Source of the DNA: Myxococcota bacterium
GTDB lineage: Bacteria > Myxococcota_A > UBA9160 > JAFDET01
Direction of reading: 5' to 3'
NCBI GenBank assembly: GCA_028278065.1
Contig: JANQFA010000095.1
Span: forward strand, 3,349-67,348
Length of the DNA: 64,000 bases
The position numbers and the translations under genes were made by a program. The notes below the pieces were generated by a model. The model made no database searches. It saw only the letters and a program-made list of their open reading frames with translations, and was not told where the DNA came from. Below, in pieces: positions 33,165 through 45,885 of this stretch. How positions within the stretch are numbered: the stretch's first letter is position 1; the number at the start of each line of letters is the position of its first letter.

Positions 33165-35405
33165 CTACGGCCCGCGCCCCCCGGCCAGCCGACAGCGCGG
33201 CACGCCGCTCCCGCGCATCCAGAGGGGCTCGCCCAGGGCCGCCCAGACGGCGCCGTCTCGGCCCGTCCACCAGACGGAGAGGCCGCGCCGACGCGCGCGT
33301 GCGACCACCTCGGGATGGGGCATCCCGAAGCGCCCATGACAGGGTGCGCTGGCCACCGCGACCTGGGCAGCGGTGGCCGCGAGGAGGGTGTCCGACCCCG
33401 AGGTCCGGCTGCCGTGATGCGGCAGCAGGAGAAGGTCCGCCCGCAGGTCGCCCGCCGTCGCCGCGAGGGCGGCCTCCGCGCGCGCTCCCAGATCGCCGGG
33501 GAGGAGGACGCCGGTCGCCGCGACGGTGACGTGCAGGACCAGCGAGGCGTCGTTTCCTCGCCAGCGCGGCTGCCCGTCGGGCCAGAGGGAGCGGACGCCC
33601 AGGTCCCCGATCGCCCGTTCGGGATCCCCCGTCCCGCGCTCCAGCACGGGGACCCCGCGCTGCGCGGCGGCCGCGCGGAGCTCGGCGAAGGCCGGGTCGT
33701 CCTCGGAGCCCCGCGGCAGCCACACCTCGCCGACCGGCAACGCCTCGACCACGGCGGGCGCCCCCCCGCGGTGGTCGAGGTCTCCGTGGGTGACCGCCAG
33801 GACGTCGAGCCGCTCGACGCCGAGGGCGCGCAGGGCCGGAACCACCGCTCCGCGCCCACGGTCGCCGCCCGGCCAGGCCCCTCCCGCATCCACCAGCAGG
33901 GTGCCGCTGCGGCCCTGCACGAGCACGGCGTCACCCTGACCGACGTCGAGGAAAACGGCCCGCGGCGGGGGCGGCTCGAGCGCGGCCCGCGGGCCGAACG
34001 CCAGCAGCACGCCGACGCCTGTGGCGGCGAGGAGTCGAGCCCGGGTGCCGGGCAGCGCCAGACCGAGCAGCGAGAGCAGTGCCGCGGCGGCGAGGCAGCC
34101 ACCCGCAGCCGGCGCGCTGGGCGCGCCGGCATGCGGGGCCACCGCGAGGGCGAGCCGGGCGGCCCGCCGTGCTCCTTCCGCGCTGTGGGCGGCGAGCCAC
34201 TGCGTGACGCTCCACTCCGGAGCCAGCGCGAGCGCCGGCACCAGCACGAGTGCGGCCGGCAGCAGCACGAAGCCCACCAGCGGCACGGCGATCGCGTTGA
34301 AGAGCAGCGCCCCCGGAGCCGCGGCGCCGAAGCGGAGCGCAGCCAGCGGCGCCGTCGCCAGGATCGCGCTCGCGCTGCTGCGCAGGACGCCGCTGCGGCT
34401 GCGCGCCCCGACCGGGTCGCAGGTCAGCGCGGCGGCTGCGGCGAACGAGAGCTGGGCGCCGGCATCGAAGAGCGCGGCCGGCTCCACCGCCAGGATCGTC
34501 AGGGCCGCGGCCGAGAGCCCGCTCCCGCGCAGGGCCGGACGGGACCGGGCCGCGTCGCTGGCGGCGCCGAGCAGGAGGACCCAGGCGCGCCGGACGGGCA
34601 CGCCAGCACCGGCGAGGAGCGTCTGCACGGCGGCTGCCAGCACCGAGATCGCCAGGGCGGCCTTGCGCGCATCGCCACGACGGGTGAGCGCTCCACAGCG
34701 CGACAGGATCCGCCGCCCCCCGGCGTAGGTTCCCCCCGCTGCGAGAGCCAGATGGAGCCCGGAGACCGCCAGGAGATGCGAGATGCCCAGAGCCGAGAAG
34801 GCGTCGCGCAGCTCGCTCGGCAGACCGGAGCGCTCCCCGAGCGCGAGGGCCGCCAGCAGCGCGCCTCCCGAACCGAGCTCGAAGAGCCGCGCGGCGAGGT
34901 CGCCGCGCAGCCGGTGGAGCCGCGCGAGCGGTCCGCCTCGATCCATCACCTGCACCAGTCGCGGGTGGGCGACCCGACCCGTCGCGGCGACTCCGCGGCG
35001 CCGGTCGGCGGCGTCCCGATCGACCCCGCCCGGATTGCGCGGCCCGCCGGGCGGACGCAGGCGCACCCGCACGCGCAGCCGCTCGCCCGGCACCGAGGCC
35101 GCCAGTCCGGGCTCGCGAACCGGGTCCACGTACAGGAGAACGCCTGGTGGCGCCGGCGGTCCCTCTCCGACGCGGACGACCCGGTCCAGCCGGACCCGCG
35201 CGCCGGTGCCTGAACGGCGCACGTCGGCGACGCGCGCCTCGAGCGTCATCTCCGCGGGCCGCGCGAGGATCCCAGCCCGAGTCCGCTCGAGCTGCAGCCC
35301 CAGGTGGAATGCGCCGGAGCCGGCTGCCGCCCCGACGAGGAGGAGCGCGCGCACGCGCGCGCCCCCACACAGCGGGACCAGGCCGAGACACACCCCCGCC
35401 AGCAC
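33165..35405 (-). CDS. comEC: ComEC/Rec2 DNA internalisation protein with a metallo-beta-lactamase domain
   Basis: Competence-domain TM region followed by FLDVGQGDAVLVQ...LLVDAGG...THGDLDHRGG. Confidence 0.9.
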   Translation of the reverse strand: MLAGVCLGLVPLCGGARVRALLLVGAAAGSGAFHLGLQLERTRAGILARPAEMTLEARVADVRRSGTGARVRLDRVVRVGEGPPAPPGVLLYVDPVREPGLAASVPGERLRVRVRLRPPGGPRNPGGVDRDAADRRRGVAATGRVAHPRLVQVMDRGGPLARLHRLRGDLAARLFELGSGGALLAALALGERSGLPSELRDAFSALGISHLLAVSGLHLALAAGGTYAGGRRILSRCGALTRRGDARKAALAISVLAAAVQTLLAGAGVPVRRAWVLLLGAASDAARSRPALRGSGLSAAALTILAVEPAALFDAGAQLSFAAAAALTCDPVGARSRSGVLRSSASAILATAPLAALRFGAAAPGALLFNAIAVPLVGFVLLPAALVLVPALALAPEWSVTQWLAAHSAEGARRAARLALAVAPHAGAPSAPAAGGCLAAAALLSLLGLALPGTRARLLAATGVGVLLAFGPRAALEPPPPRAVFLDVGQGDAVLVQGRSGTLLVDAGGAWPGGDRGRGAVVPALRALGVERLDVLAVTHGDLDHRGGAPAVVEALPVGEVWLPRGSEDDPAFAELRAAAAQRGVPVLERGTGDPERAIGDLGVRSLWPDGQPRWRGNDASLVLHVTVAATGVLLPGDLGARAEAALAATAGDLRADLLLLPHHGSRTSGSDTLLAATAAQVAVASAPCHGRFGMPHPEVVARARRRGLSVWWTGRDGAVWAALGEPLWMRGSGVPRCRLAGGRGP

Positions 35406-35546
35406 CGCCGCGTCGACGGCGCCGAGCCAGGCGCGATCGGCGGCGAAGATGCCGACCGCCAGGGCGACGAGCAGGACGAGAAGCGGTCGCTGCAGGGGCG
35501 CACCCGGGACCGGGAGCGCGTCGAGTCTAGCCCAGACCCGTCGGGG

Positions 35547-35939
35547 TCAGTGCAGGATGCCGGGCCGCTCGGAGCGGAGCTGATCGCGCATGCGCCCGAG
35601 GTAGGCGGCCAGCGTCTTCAGGTTCTCGTCGAGCTTGCGGATCTCGCCACCGAGGTCCTCCATCAGACGCGACACCTCGTTCAGCCCGCGCAGGTTCCTC
35701 TTCAGGTTCTCCTGGCCCCGGCGATGGACCTGGTAGGCCACCTCGATGCCCTCGATGATCGCCTGCCAGCTGGCGACCGGCTCGCCCTCGGCACCCAGCT
35801 CCACGCGCGCCATCACCGCATCGGCGAAGATGGGATCCACCCCCTTCTCCTCGAGATCGCGGCGCAGCCGATCCCGCGTGCGTACCCGCTCCCTCCCATC
35901 GTCCGGCTGGCCGCCGGCTCCGCTCAGCTTGCGTGCCAC
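35547..35939 (-). CDS. Hypothetical coiled-coil protein (130 aa)
   Basis: Lies within ORF 35547..35987. GTG at 35939 is 7 nt after GGAG. High GC3 and a protein-like helical sequence. Confidence 0.6.
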   Translation of the reverse strand: MARKLSGAGGQPDDGRERVRTRDRLRRDLEEKGVDPIFADAVMARVELGAEGEPVASWQAIIEGIEVAYQVHRRGQENLKRNLRGLNEVSRLMEDLGGEIRKLDENLKTLAAYLGRMRDQLRSERPGILH

Positions 35940-36124
35940 TGCTCTTCTCCTCTGCCTGCAGACAGAGAGGAGCAAGAACGATGCCACCCACGGCCGATCC
36001 GCAGGATCGCCTGCAAGTGGCCGGATCCCGATCGGAAGCAGCTCCCGCGGGTCCCCCCCGACCGGGCCGACGATGGCCCCTCGAGCACCCTCGGAAGGGT
36101 AAGACCTTGCTCAATCGCGGAGGA

Positions 36125-37003
36125 CTACTCGCGCCAGGCCATCGGAACGCGGGCCTGGTCGGCCTCGGCGTCGAGCACCTCGAGCTGGCGCAGGAGCTCC
36201 TCGCCGGCCTCCTCCAAGCGGTCGACCTTGCGCGACTGATTGGGGTTCGTGCGGTCGATCTCGTACTCGAGGCGCGCGATGCGCGCGCGCAGCCCGGCGT
36301 ACTCGGAGCGCCACTGGGCCTCGCTGCGCCCGCCGCGGATCTGGCCGCTCTCGGCCAGGTCGTTCCGCACCAGGGTGAGGATGCCGGACGCGGCGTCCAC
36401 GTGCGTGGTGAAGTGGTTGAAGTACGAGAGCCCGAGGAGCCCCACCTGCATGCTCGAGCTGACGCTGGCCGGGACGTCCTCCACGACGGCGCCCGCCAGG
36501 TCCACGCTGTCCAGCATCACCGCCTTCGCCTCGATCACCCCGTTGGCCGTCAGGTACTGGCGCGTGCGTGCGGACTCGAGCTGCAGCCTCTCCGCGGCCC
36601 AGCGCGGAATCGACACATCGCTGGCCCCGGTGTCGACCACGAACGGGACGTTCACGCTGTTGTTGATGCGCGCCGTCACCATCATCGTCGTCCCGGCGCG
36701 CTGGACCCGGATGCGATGCACCTTGCGGGCGGGCGCCAGCGGGGGTGCCGCGGGGCGCAGCGCGGGTCGGGCCGTGCGCGGCGGTGCCGCCTTGGCAGGC
36801 CGGGTCTTGAAGGTCGAGAGCCGGCCCTCTTCCTCGTCGAGAGTGCGCTCGACGGCCGCCCGGCGGTGCTCCGCGGGCACCTCGGAGAGATCCTGGGTGA
36901 AATGGGTGCGACCGGCTTCGTCGGTCCAGCGATAGATCTCGGCCGGGCTGGGCCCGGCGAGGGCGACGAGCATCGCGAGGACGATCCAGCGGAACCTGCG
37001 CAT
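36125..37003 (-). CDS. DUF4124 + retropepsin-like (clan AA) aspartic protease + coiled-coil protein
   Basis: ATG at 37003 lies within ORF 36125..37210. Signal peptide present. EIYRWTDEAGRTHFT matches DUF4124. FVVDTGASDVSIP is a retropepsin DTG motif. Confidence 0.8.
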   Translation of the reverse strand: MRRFRWIVLAMLVALAGPSPAEIYRWTDEAGRTHFTQDLSEVPAEHRRAAVERTLDEEEGRLSTFKTRPAKAAPPRTARPALRPAAPPLAPARKVHRIRVQRAGTTMMVTARINNSVNVPFVVDTGASDVSIPRWAAERLQLESARTRQYLTANGVIEAKAVMLDSVDLAGAVVEDVPASVSSSMQVGLLGLSYFNHFTTHVDAASGILTLVRNDLAESGQIRGGRSEAQWRSEYAGLRARIARLEYEIDRTNPNQSRKVDRLEEAGEELLRQLEVLDAEADQARVPMAWRE

Positions 37004-37121
37004 CGGTGAGGGTCCTTCTGCGCGCGGACGCGCACCCCTTTCGGATCGGCCACCCGCCGCACGGTCTTGACGAGCCCGCGTCGCTCGAAACGCGCTCGAC
37101 CGCCGCCGGAGCGGTTGCCGA

Positions 37122-38978
37122 TCAGGCGCCCTCGGAGTCCGCGAAGAAGCCCCGGATCGTGGCGGCGTCCTTCTCGGAGATGCCCGGCACCGCCGCCAGC
37201 GCCTCGGCACTGGCGGCGCGCACCGCCTTCAGCGAGCCCAGCTCGCGCAGCAGCGCGCGCCGCTTCCCCGGCCCGATCCCCGGAAGCTCCTCGAGGATCG
37301 AGACCAGGCCCATACGCTGGCGCAGGCTGCGCTGGTACTCGATGGCGAAGCGATGGGACTCGTCGCGCACGCGCTGCAGCAGCAGGAGAGCGCGGGAGTT
37401 GGCCGGGAGCAGGATCGCGTCCTTGCGCCCCGGCCGGAAGATCCGCTCGGCCTTCAGGCCGCCCGAGCGCCGCACCCTCGGCTGCGGCGAGTCCTCGTCG
37501 CGCTCCTTCGCCAGGCCCAGGGTCTCGACCCGCAGACCCGCGTCGTGGAGGGCGGCTTCCACCACCCCCAGCTGTCCCTTGCCGCCGTCCACCATCAAGA
37601 GGTCGGGCAGAGGCTCCTTCTCCACGCGCGCCAGGCGACGCTGCATCACCTCGCGCAGGGCCGCGTAGTCGTCCGATCCCTCCACCTCGCGGATGCGGTA
37701 GCGCCGATAGTCGTTCTTGCACGGTCGCCCGTCCTCGAACACCACGCGGCTCGCCACCGTCAGCACGCCGTTCAGGGTGGAGACGTCGTAGCACTCGATG
37801 CGTCGCGGCGGCCCGGCCAATCCCAGTCGCGCGCGGATCTCTTCCAGGGCCGCGTCCAGGCTCTCGCGCGCCTCGAGGCGACGCGCCAGCCCGAGCTCCG
37901 CGTTTCGGCAGGCCGTGTCCATCAGCTCGCGGAGCGCCCCGCGCCTCGGCCGTCGCACCACGACGCGCCGGGACGCCCGCTCCACGAGCAGCGCCTCCAG
38001 GGCGCCGTCGTCCTCCAACGGCTCCGGCGTGAGGATCTCTCCCGGGACCTGGCGACCGCCGCCCCCGCCGTAGTACTGGCCGAGAAAGGAGCTCACGACC
38101 TCGCCCGGATCGAGCCGCACGTCCGAGAACCCGTAGCCGGCCGCGCCCACCACGCGCCCCTCGCGCACGTGGAGGACCTGCACCTCCACCTCGCCGCCGC
38201 GCCGCGCCAGGCCGAAGACGTCCCGGTCGACCGCCCGCGCGCCCACGATCTGCTGGCTCTCGACGGTGTGCTCGACCTTGTCGATGGTGTCGCGCAGGCG
38301 GGCGGCCTCCTCGAAGCGCTCCGCCGCGGCCGCCTCCTCCATGCGCCGCCGCAGGAGCGCCACCAGCTCGTCCGAGCGGCCGCGCAGGAAGAGCGCCGTA
38401 CCCTCCACCAGCTCCGCGTAGGCCTCCGACGTCACCCGGCCCACGCACGGCGCCCCACAGCGCCCCATCTCGTGCTCGATGCACGGCCGGCCGCGGCGCG
38501 CGTAGTCCCGGAAGACCGCATCGGTGCAGGAGCGCAGAGGGAAGATCCGGCGCAGGCTCGAGAGGGCCTCGCGCATCGCACCGCTCGATGTGTAGGGACC
38601 GAAGTAGAGCGCACCGTCCTTCTGGAAGCGACGCACCTGGGTGAGTCGCGGCCACTCGCCCTCCGGATCCAGGCGCAGGGCCAGGTACTGCTTGTCGTCG
38701 CGCAGCCGCACGTTGAAGGGCGGCTTGTGCTGCTTGATCAGCTCGTTCTCCAGGAGGAGCGCGTCCTTCACGTTGCGCGTGACCACCACGTCGACGTCCG
38801 CGGCCCGCTCCACCAGATGGGGAACGCGCAGCCGGCCGTCTCCCCCCGCCTGGAAATAGGAGCGCACGCGGGTGCGCAGGTTCTGGGCCTTGCCCACGTA
38901 GAGGACCCGGCCCCGCTCGTTCTGGAAGAGATAGACGCCCGGACTCGCGGGCAGGGCGTCGATGCGCTCCGGGTCCAC
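37122..38978 (-). CDS. uvrC: Excinuclease ABC subunit C
   Basis: GIY-YIG motif (PGVYLFQNERGRVLYVGKA) and a C-terminal (HhH)2. The track start at 39026 overlaps uvrB by 47 nt. GTG at 38978 sits 1 nt after the uvrB stop and gives a normal-length N-terminus. Confidence 0.9.
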   Translation of the reverse strand: MDPERIDALPASPGVYLFQNERGRVLYVGKAQNLRTRVRSYFQAGGDGRLRVPHLVERAADVDVVVTRNVKDALLLENELIKQHKPPFNVRLRDDKQYLALRLDPEGEWPRLTQVRRFQKDGALYFGPYTSSGAMREALSSLRRIFPLRSCTDAVFRDYARRGRPCIEHEMGRCGAPCVGRVTSEAYAELVEGTALFLRGRSDELVALLRRRMEEAAAAERFEEAARLRDTIDKVEHTVESQQIVGARAVDRDVFGLARRGGEVEVQVLHVREGRVVGAAGYGFSDVRLDPGEVVSSFLGQYYGGGGGRQVPGEILTPEPLEDDGALEALLVERASRRVVVRRPRRGALRELMDTACRNAELGLARRLEARESLDAALEEIRARLGLAGPPRRIECYDVSTLNGVLTVASRVVFEDGRPCKNDYRRYRIREVEGSDDYAALREVMQRRLARVEKEPLPDLLMVDGGKGQLGVVEAALHDAGLRVETLGLAKERDEDSPQPRVRRSGGLKAERIFRPGRKDAILLPANSRALLLLQRVRDESHRFAIEYQRSLRQRMGLVSILEELPGIGPGKRRALLRELGSLKAVRAASAEALAAVPGISEKDAATIRGFFADSEGA

Positions 38979-38979
38979 C

Positions 38980-40974
<1,995 letters not shown>

Positions 40975-40976
40975 GC

Positions 40977-42386
40977 TCAGCCCCGCTTCCAGCGCGGCCC
41001 GTCCGGCGTATCCTCGATCACCACGCCCTCTGCGAGCAGGAGATCGCGGATGCGGTCGGCCTCGGCGAAGTCGCGGCGCGAGCGCGCCTCCTCGCGCTCC
41101 CGGAGGAGATCGTCGATGCGCGGATCGCTCTCCTGGACCTCGTCGGGGGGATCCGAGACCACGAGATCGAGCCCGAGCCAGGCGTCGAACTCCAGGAGCA
41201 GCGCACGGCGCGTGGCCGCCGAGAGCGACTCGTCCTTGGCCACCTCGGACGCCACGGCCAGGGCGCGCGGCGCGTTGAGATCGTCCATGACGGCCTCCCG
41301 GAAGCGCTGGCGCAGCGGACGGACGGCCTCCTCGTCCAGGGAGCCCTCTGCGTCCCGCACCGACGCCGCCTGGGCGAGCAGGCGGCGGTAGCCGCGGTCG
41401 GCGGCCCCCATGGCCTCGTCGTGGAAGTTCTGCTGCTTCCGGTAGTGCGCCTGCAGGAAGAAGTAGCGGAACGACAGGGGCAGGAAGCCCATGTCCACCA
41501 GGTCCTGCAGCACGTAGATGTTGCCCAGGGACTTGGACATCTTCTCGCCCTCGAAGACGATCCAGTCCTCGTGCATCCACACGGAGACCCAGGGGTGCAC
41601 GTCGAGGGCGCACTCGCTCTGGGCGATCTCGTTCGTGTGGTGGACCTTGATGTGCTCGACGCCTCCGGTGTGGATGTCGAAGCGCTCGCCGAGGTAGCGG
41701 GTGCTCATCGCCGAGCACTCGATGTGCCACCCCGGGAAGCCGCGTCCCCAGGGCGAGTCCCACTCCTGCTGCCGCCGCACGTCCGGCGCCGCGAACTTCC
41801 AGAGGGCGAAGTCCGCCGGCTGGCGCTTGCCCTCGACCTCGCCGATCCGCGCGCCTCCCTGCTGATCCTCCCGGTCCAGACGCGCGAACTCCGCGTAGCG
41901 GGGGAACTTGGCGGTGTCGAAGTAGAGGCCGTCGTCGATCCGGTACACGTAGCCCTTCTCGTCGAGCTTGCGGATCATCTCGATCTGCTCGGCGATGTGC
42001 TCCGTCGCCCGGCACAGCACGTCGGGATCGGGGATGTTCAGCCGGCGCCGGTCCGCCAGCCACTGCTCGGTATAGGCTGCGGCGATCTCCCGGGCACTCC
42101 TGCCGGTCTCGCGCGCCGCCTTCTCCATCTTGTCCTCACCGGCATCCTCGTCGTCCAGCGTCAGGTGCCCCACATCGGTGACGTTGATCACGTGGGTCAC
42201 CTCGAGCCGGACCATGCGCAGGGCGCGCACCAGGAGATCGGCGAACAGGACGGGCCGCATGTTCCCGATGTGCTGTGGCGAGTAGACCGTGGGGCCGCAG
42301 GTGTACACGCCGGCGCATCCCGGCGCGAGCGGAGCGAAGCTCTCCTTGCGCCGCGTCCTCGTGTTGTAGAGGACCAGCTCAGTCAT
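40977..42386 (-). CDS. cysS: Cysteine--tRNA ligase
   Basis: HIGN and KMSKSLGN signature motifs. Confidence 0.95.
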   Translation of the reverse strand: MTELVLYNTRTRRKESFAPLAPGCAGVYTCGPTVYSPQHIGNMRPVLFADLLVRALRMVRLEVTHVINVTDVGHLTLDDEDAGEDKMEKAARETGRSAREIAAAYTEQWLADRRRLNIPDPDVLCRATEHIAEQIEMIRKLDEKGYVYRIDDGLYFDTAKFPRYAEFARLDREDQQGGARIGEVEGKRQPADFALWKFAAPDVRRQQEWDSPWGRGFPGWHIECSAMSTRYLGERFDIHTGGVEHIKVHHTNEIAQSECALDVHPWVSVWMHEDWIVFEGEKMSKSLGNIYVLQDLVDMGFLPLSFRYFFLQAHYRKQQNFHDEAMGAADRGYRRLLAQAASVRDAEGSLDEEAVRPLRQRFREAVMDDLNAPRALAVASEVAKDESLSAATRRALLLEFDAWLGLDLVVSDPPDEVQESDPRIDDLLREREEARSRRDFAEADRIRDLLLAEGVVIEDTPDGPRWKRG

Positions 42387-42867
42387 CGTCCCGCTCCAGC
42401 AGCACGACCGCCTGGGCGGCGACGCCCTCCCCTCTTCCCACCGCGCCGAGCCCGTCGGTGCTGGTCACCTTGACGTTGACCCGGTCCGATTCGACACCGA
42501 GGGCGCCGGCCACGCCGGCCTCCATCTTCCCCTGCCAGGGCGCCAGCCGCGGCGCCTGCGCCACCACCGTGGCATCCACGTTGGCGACCCGCCAGCCGGA
42601 AGCCGCGGCCAGGGCGACCGCCTCCTGGAGCAGCCGGACCGAGGACACTCCGCGCAGGTCTTCCCGGCTGGAAGGGAAGTGGCGTCCGAGATCGCCCTGC
42701 CCCGCCGCGCCCAGGACCGCGTCGGTCAGCGCATGCAGCAGCACGTCGCCGTCCGAGTGGCCCTCGGGTCCGCGCGGATGGGGGATCTCGACGGCGCCGA
42801 GCCGCAGCGGACGCCCCTCCACCAGACGGTGGACGTCGAAGCCCTGCCCGACGCGGAACGCGCTCAA
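42379..42867 (-). CDS. ispF: 2-C-methyl-D-erythritol 2,4-cyclodiphosphate synthase
   Basis: GQGFDVHRL..GHSDGDVLLHALTDAVLGA. Confidence 0.95.
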   Translation of the reverse strand: MSAFRVGQGFDVHRLVEGRPLRLGAVEIPHPRGPEGHSDGDVLLHALTDAVLGAAGQGDLGRHFPSSREDLRGVSSVRLLQEAVALAAASGWRVANVDATVVAQAPRLAPWQGKMEAGVAGALGVESDRVNVKVTSTDGLGAVGRGEGVAAQAVVLLERDDD

Positions 42868-43553
42868 GCCGGCGCCTCCGCAAGACGGAGCTCCGCCGCG
42901 CGCAGGTCCTCGGGCCCGGTGATCTTGACGTTGCCGGGATCGCCCTCCACCACCCGCACCGTGACCCCCAGGCGCTCGACGAGCTGGGCGTCGTCGGTTC
43001 CCACGAAGCCCTCCGCCTCGGCCTTCTCGAGGGCCTCGCGCAGGAGGTCCATCCGGAAGACCTGCGGCGTCTGGGCCACCCAGAGGCTCTCCCGGGCCGG
43101 TGTCTCGCGCACCTCCCCGGCCTCGACGCGCTTGATGGTGTCGCGGGCAGGCACGGCCAGGAGTGCAGCGCCGTGACTGCGGGCCACCTCGACCACGCGG
43201 GCCACGTCCACCGGCCGCACCAGGCAGCGCGCGGCATCGTGCACGGCCACCACTTCCGTGTCCGCAGGCAGCGCCGCCAGACCGGCCCGGGTGGAGTCCT
43301 GCCGCTCGCAGCCTCCCGCCACCGGAGACAGGAGCCCGCCGACGTCTCCCAGCCCGCCCTCCAGCTCGCGCCAGCGCACCAGCTCCGCCTCCGGGAGCAC
43401 GGGCAGGATCCGCTCCAGGGCTCCGGAGCGCGCGAGGGCGCGGACCGAACGAACCACCAGCGGCTCGCCCGCAAGCGGGACGAAGGCCTTGGGGATTCCC
43501 GCGCCCAGCCGGATGCCCCGGCCGGCCGCCAGCACGAGCGCTGCTGTCGCCAC
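42864..43553 (-). CDS. ispD: 2-C-methyl-D-erythritol 4-phosphate cytidylyltransferase
   Basis: ALVLAAGRGIRLG..PKAF. GTG at 43553 gives the usual ~229 aa. The track start at 43634 would overlap the divergent tolC-like gene. Confidence 0.9.
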   Translation of the reverse strand: MATAALVLAAGRGIRLGAGIPKAFVPLAGEPLVVRSVRALARSGALERILPVLPEAELVRWRELEGGLGDVGGLLSPVAGGCERQDSTRAGLAALPADTEVVAVHDAARCLVRPVDVARVVEVARSHGAALLAVPARDTIKRVEAGEVRETPARESLWVAQTPQVFRMDLLREALEKAEAEGFVGTDDAQLVERLGVTVRVVEGDPGNVKITGPEDLRAAELRLAEAPA

Positions 43554-43609
43554 GCCGGGCAGGGTAGCCGAAGCCGCTTTGCTAGGCTGCGATTCGGGAG
43601 GATTCACGC

Positions 43610-45229
43610 ATGGTTGGACGCATCTTCGTCGCATTTCTTTCGACCCTGTTGTGCGCTGCGCCGGGGCTCGCGATCGATCCCGGGCTGGACCCGAGCGATC
43701 CCAGCGCAGGCGGCACGCCCGCGACGCTGCACGGCGCGCTGCAGCTCTCCATCGACGAGGCGATCGCGATGGGTCTCAAGAACAACCTCGACGTCGAGGT
43801 GACGCGTCACGACCCGTTGATGAGCTGGGAGGACTTCCGCTCCTCCTGGGGCGCCTACGATCCCAACCTGACGGCCGACCTTCTCTACGAGAGCCGCGAG
43901 ACACCGATCGCGTCGACCCTGCAGACGGCGGACGCCCTGCAGGAACGCGAGATCGGCGGGAACTCGGGAATCCGCGGCAAGGTCCCGTGGCTGAACGCCA
44001 TCTACGGCATCAGCTATCAGGGCTCGCAGCTCAAGACGAACTCGACCATCCAGGATCTCTCGCCCGGCAACAACGTGACCGGCATCGCCGAGGTCAGCAT
44101 CCCCCTTCTCAAGAACCTGATCTGGGACCAGGACTGGACCCGGGTCAAGCAGACCGAGGTCCTCTACGGGATCAGCAACGAGGATTTCCGTCGCCAGGTG
44201 ATGGACTCGGTGCGCGAGATCGAGGTCGCCTACTGGGATCTCGTGGCGGCCGACGATTCGGTACGCGTGGCCGAGAAGAGCCTCGAGACGGCCGAGGCCC
44301 TGCTGCGCCAGACCAAGACCCAGTACGAGGTGGGCGTGGTCTCCCGGGTCGAAGTCACCGAGTCCGAGGCGGGTGTCGCAGAGCGCGAGGTGAACCTGAT
44401 CCGGGTCCAGAACGCCTATCTGACCGCCCAGGACGCGCTGATGAACTCGGTGCTCGGCCGTGGGCTGCGTCCGGGCTCCAGCCTGGAGATCGCTCCCTCG
44501 ACGCGTCCCGACGACTACATCGTCTACCAGATCGACATCGAAGAGGCGGCCTCCAAGGCGTTCGAGAACCGGCCGGAGCTGGCCTCCGCCCTGAAGGAGG
44601 TGGAGCGGCGCGAGATGGAGCTCAAGTTCCGCAACAACCAGAAGCTGCCCCAGCTCGACGTGCGGGCCGGCTACTGGCTGCAGGGCATCTCCGGCCGCAC
44701 CAACCCGGAGCCGGGCTTCACCGGCGGTCCGCGTCCGCCGGTCCAGGTGCGCAGCAGCTACGCGTCGGCCCACGACGCATGGTTCGGGACCGACCAGGCG
44801 GACAGCTGGCGTGCCGGGGCCACCTTCTCGATCCCGATCGGGAACCGCGCCGCCCGGCACCAGGCGAACCGGGCCCAGATCGACCTGCGCAAGGCGGCCA
44901 GCCAGGTGGCCCGCCTGCGCCAGAACATCATCCTGTCGGTGCGGAGGGCGGCCCGCGACCTGACCAGCGCACAGGAGGGCATCGAGGCGGCGGAGCGCCA
45001 GCGCATCGCCGCCGACGAGCAGCTGCGGGCGGAGCGGATCCGGCTCGAGCAGGGGGAATCCACGCCCTTCGACGTGCTCCTGCGCGAACGGGACCTGGTC
45101 GATGCCGAGAGCAGCAAGATCAACGCGATCCGCGTCTACCGGAACTCGGTGGTCGCCCTGGACCGGGAGCAGGGCACGATCCTGAAGACCCGGAACGTCC
45201 AGATCGACGACGTGCGCGGCATGCCGTGA
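43610..45229 (+). CDS. TolC-family outer membrane efflux protein
   Basis: Signal peptide present. Two OEP repeats (LSIDEAIAMGLKNNLDV.., ..AERQRIAADEQLR..). Confidence 0.9.
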   Translation: MVGRIFVAFLSTLLCAAPGLAIDPGLDPSDPSAGGTPATLHGALQLSIDEAIAMGLKNNLDVEVTRHDPLMSWEDFRSSWGAYDPNLTADLLYESRETPIASTLQTADALQEREIGGNSGIRGKVPWLNAIYGISYQGSQLKTNSTIQDLSPGNNVTGIAEVSIPLLKNLIWDQDWTRVKQTEVLYGISNEDFRRQVMDSVREIEVAYWDLVAADDSVRVAEKSLETAEALLRQTKTQYEVGVVSRVEVTESEAGVAEREVNLIRVQNAYLTAQDALMNSVLGRGLRPGSSLEIAPSTRPDDYIVYQIDIEEAASKAFENRPELASALKEVERREMELKFRNNQKLPQLDVRAGYWLQGISGRTNPEPGFTGGPRPPVQVRSSYASAHDAWFGTDQADSWRAGATFSIPIGNRAARHQANRAQIDLRKAASQVARLRQNIILSVRRAARDLTSAQEGIEAAERQRIAADEQLRAERIRLEQGESTPFDVLLRERDLVDAESSKINAIRVYRNSVVALDREQGTILKTRNVQIDDVRGMP

Positions 45230-45272
45230 TCGGGGTAGAATGCCGCCCGGTAGGACGGGGCGAGAGGGAACC

Positions 45273-45860
45273 GTGAGTCTCTTCGGAAGCAAGCGACGTG
45301 AGGAGGGGTCGGAGCCGACGGAGCCGGCCGCGCCGGGAGAGGCGACTCCCCCGGCCCGTGCGGAGGTCCCGCCGCCGGCCCCGGCACCCCCCGCGCCCAG
45401 CCCGGAAGCGAAGGCGAGCGGCCCGGCCGCGGAGAAGACACCCATGAGAGGGGAAGGCCAGATGGCGAACATTGGCAAGTCGATCTCGATCAAGGGCGAC
45501 CTGACTGGCGAAGAGGACGTCCTGGTGGAGGGCACGGTCGAAGGCAAGATCGACCTGCCCCAGAACGAGCTCACGATCGGTGCGAACGGCAAGGTCCAGG
45601 CGGACGTCCACGCCAAGACGGTGATGGTGATCGGCCGGGTGGCCGGGAACGTCAGCGCCGGCGAGAAGGTCGAGATCCAGACCAGCGGCGTCGTCGAGGG
45701 CGACGTGCGCGCTCCGCGGCTCATCGTGCAGGAAGGTGCCGTCGTGAACGGCTCCATCAGCATGGAGGGCAAGCCCGGCGCGCCCCGGCCCGAGCAGCCG
45801 AAGCCGACGGCGAGCCCGCCCAAGCCCGATCCCACGCGCCCCGCGCCGCCGCCCGCCTAG
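45273..45860 (+). CDS. Bactofilin (DUF583) with Pro/Ala-rich termini
   Basis: IGKSISIKGDLTGEEDVLVEGTVEGKI..GRVAGNV..VEGDV is the beta-helix repeat. GTG at 45273 follows GAGAGGGA. The track start is 45240. Confidence 0.85.
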   Translation: MSLFGSKRREEGSEPTEPAAPGEATPPARAEVPPPAPAPPAPSPEAKASGPAAEKTPMRGEGQMANIGKSISIKGDLTGEEDVLVEGTVEGKIDLPQNELTIGANGKVQADVHAKTVMVIGRVAGNVSAGEKVEIQTSGVVEGDVRAPRLIVQEGAVVNGSISMEGKPGAPRPEQPKPTASPPKPDPTRPAPPPA

Positions 45861-45885
45861 CGGGCGCGGCCGGGCCCGCGGGCCG

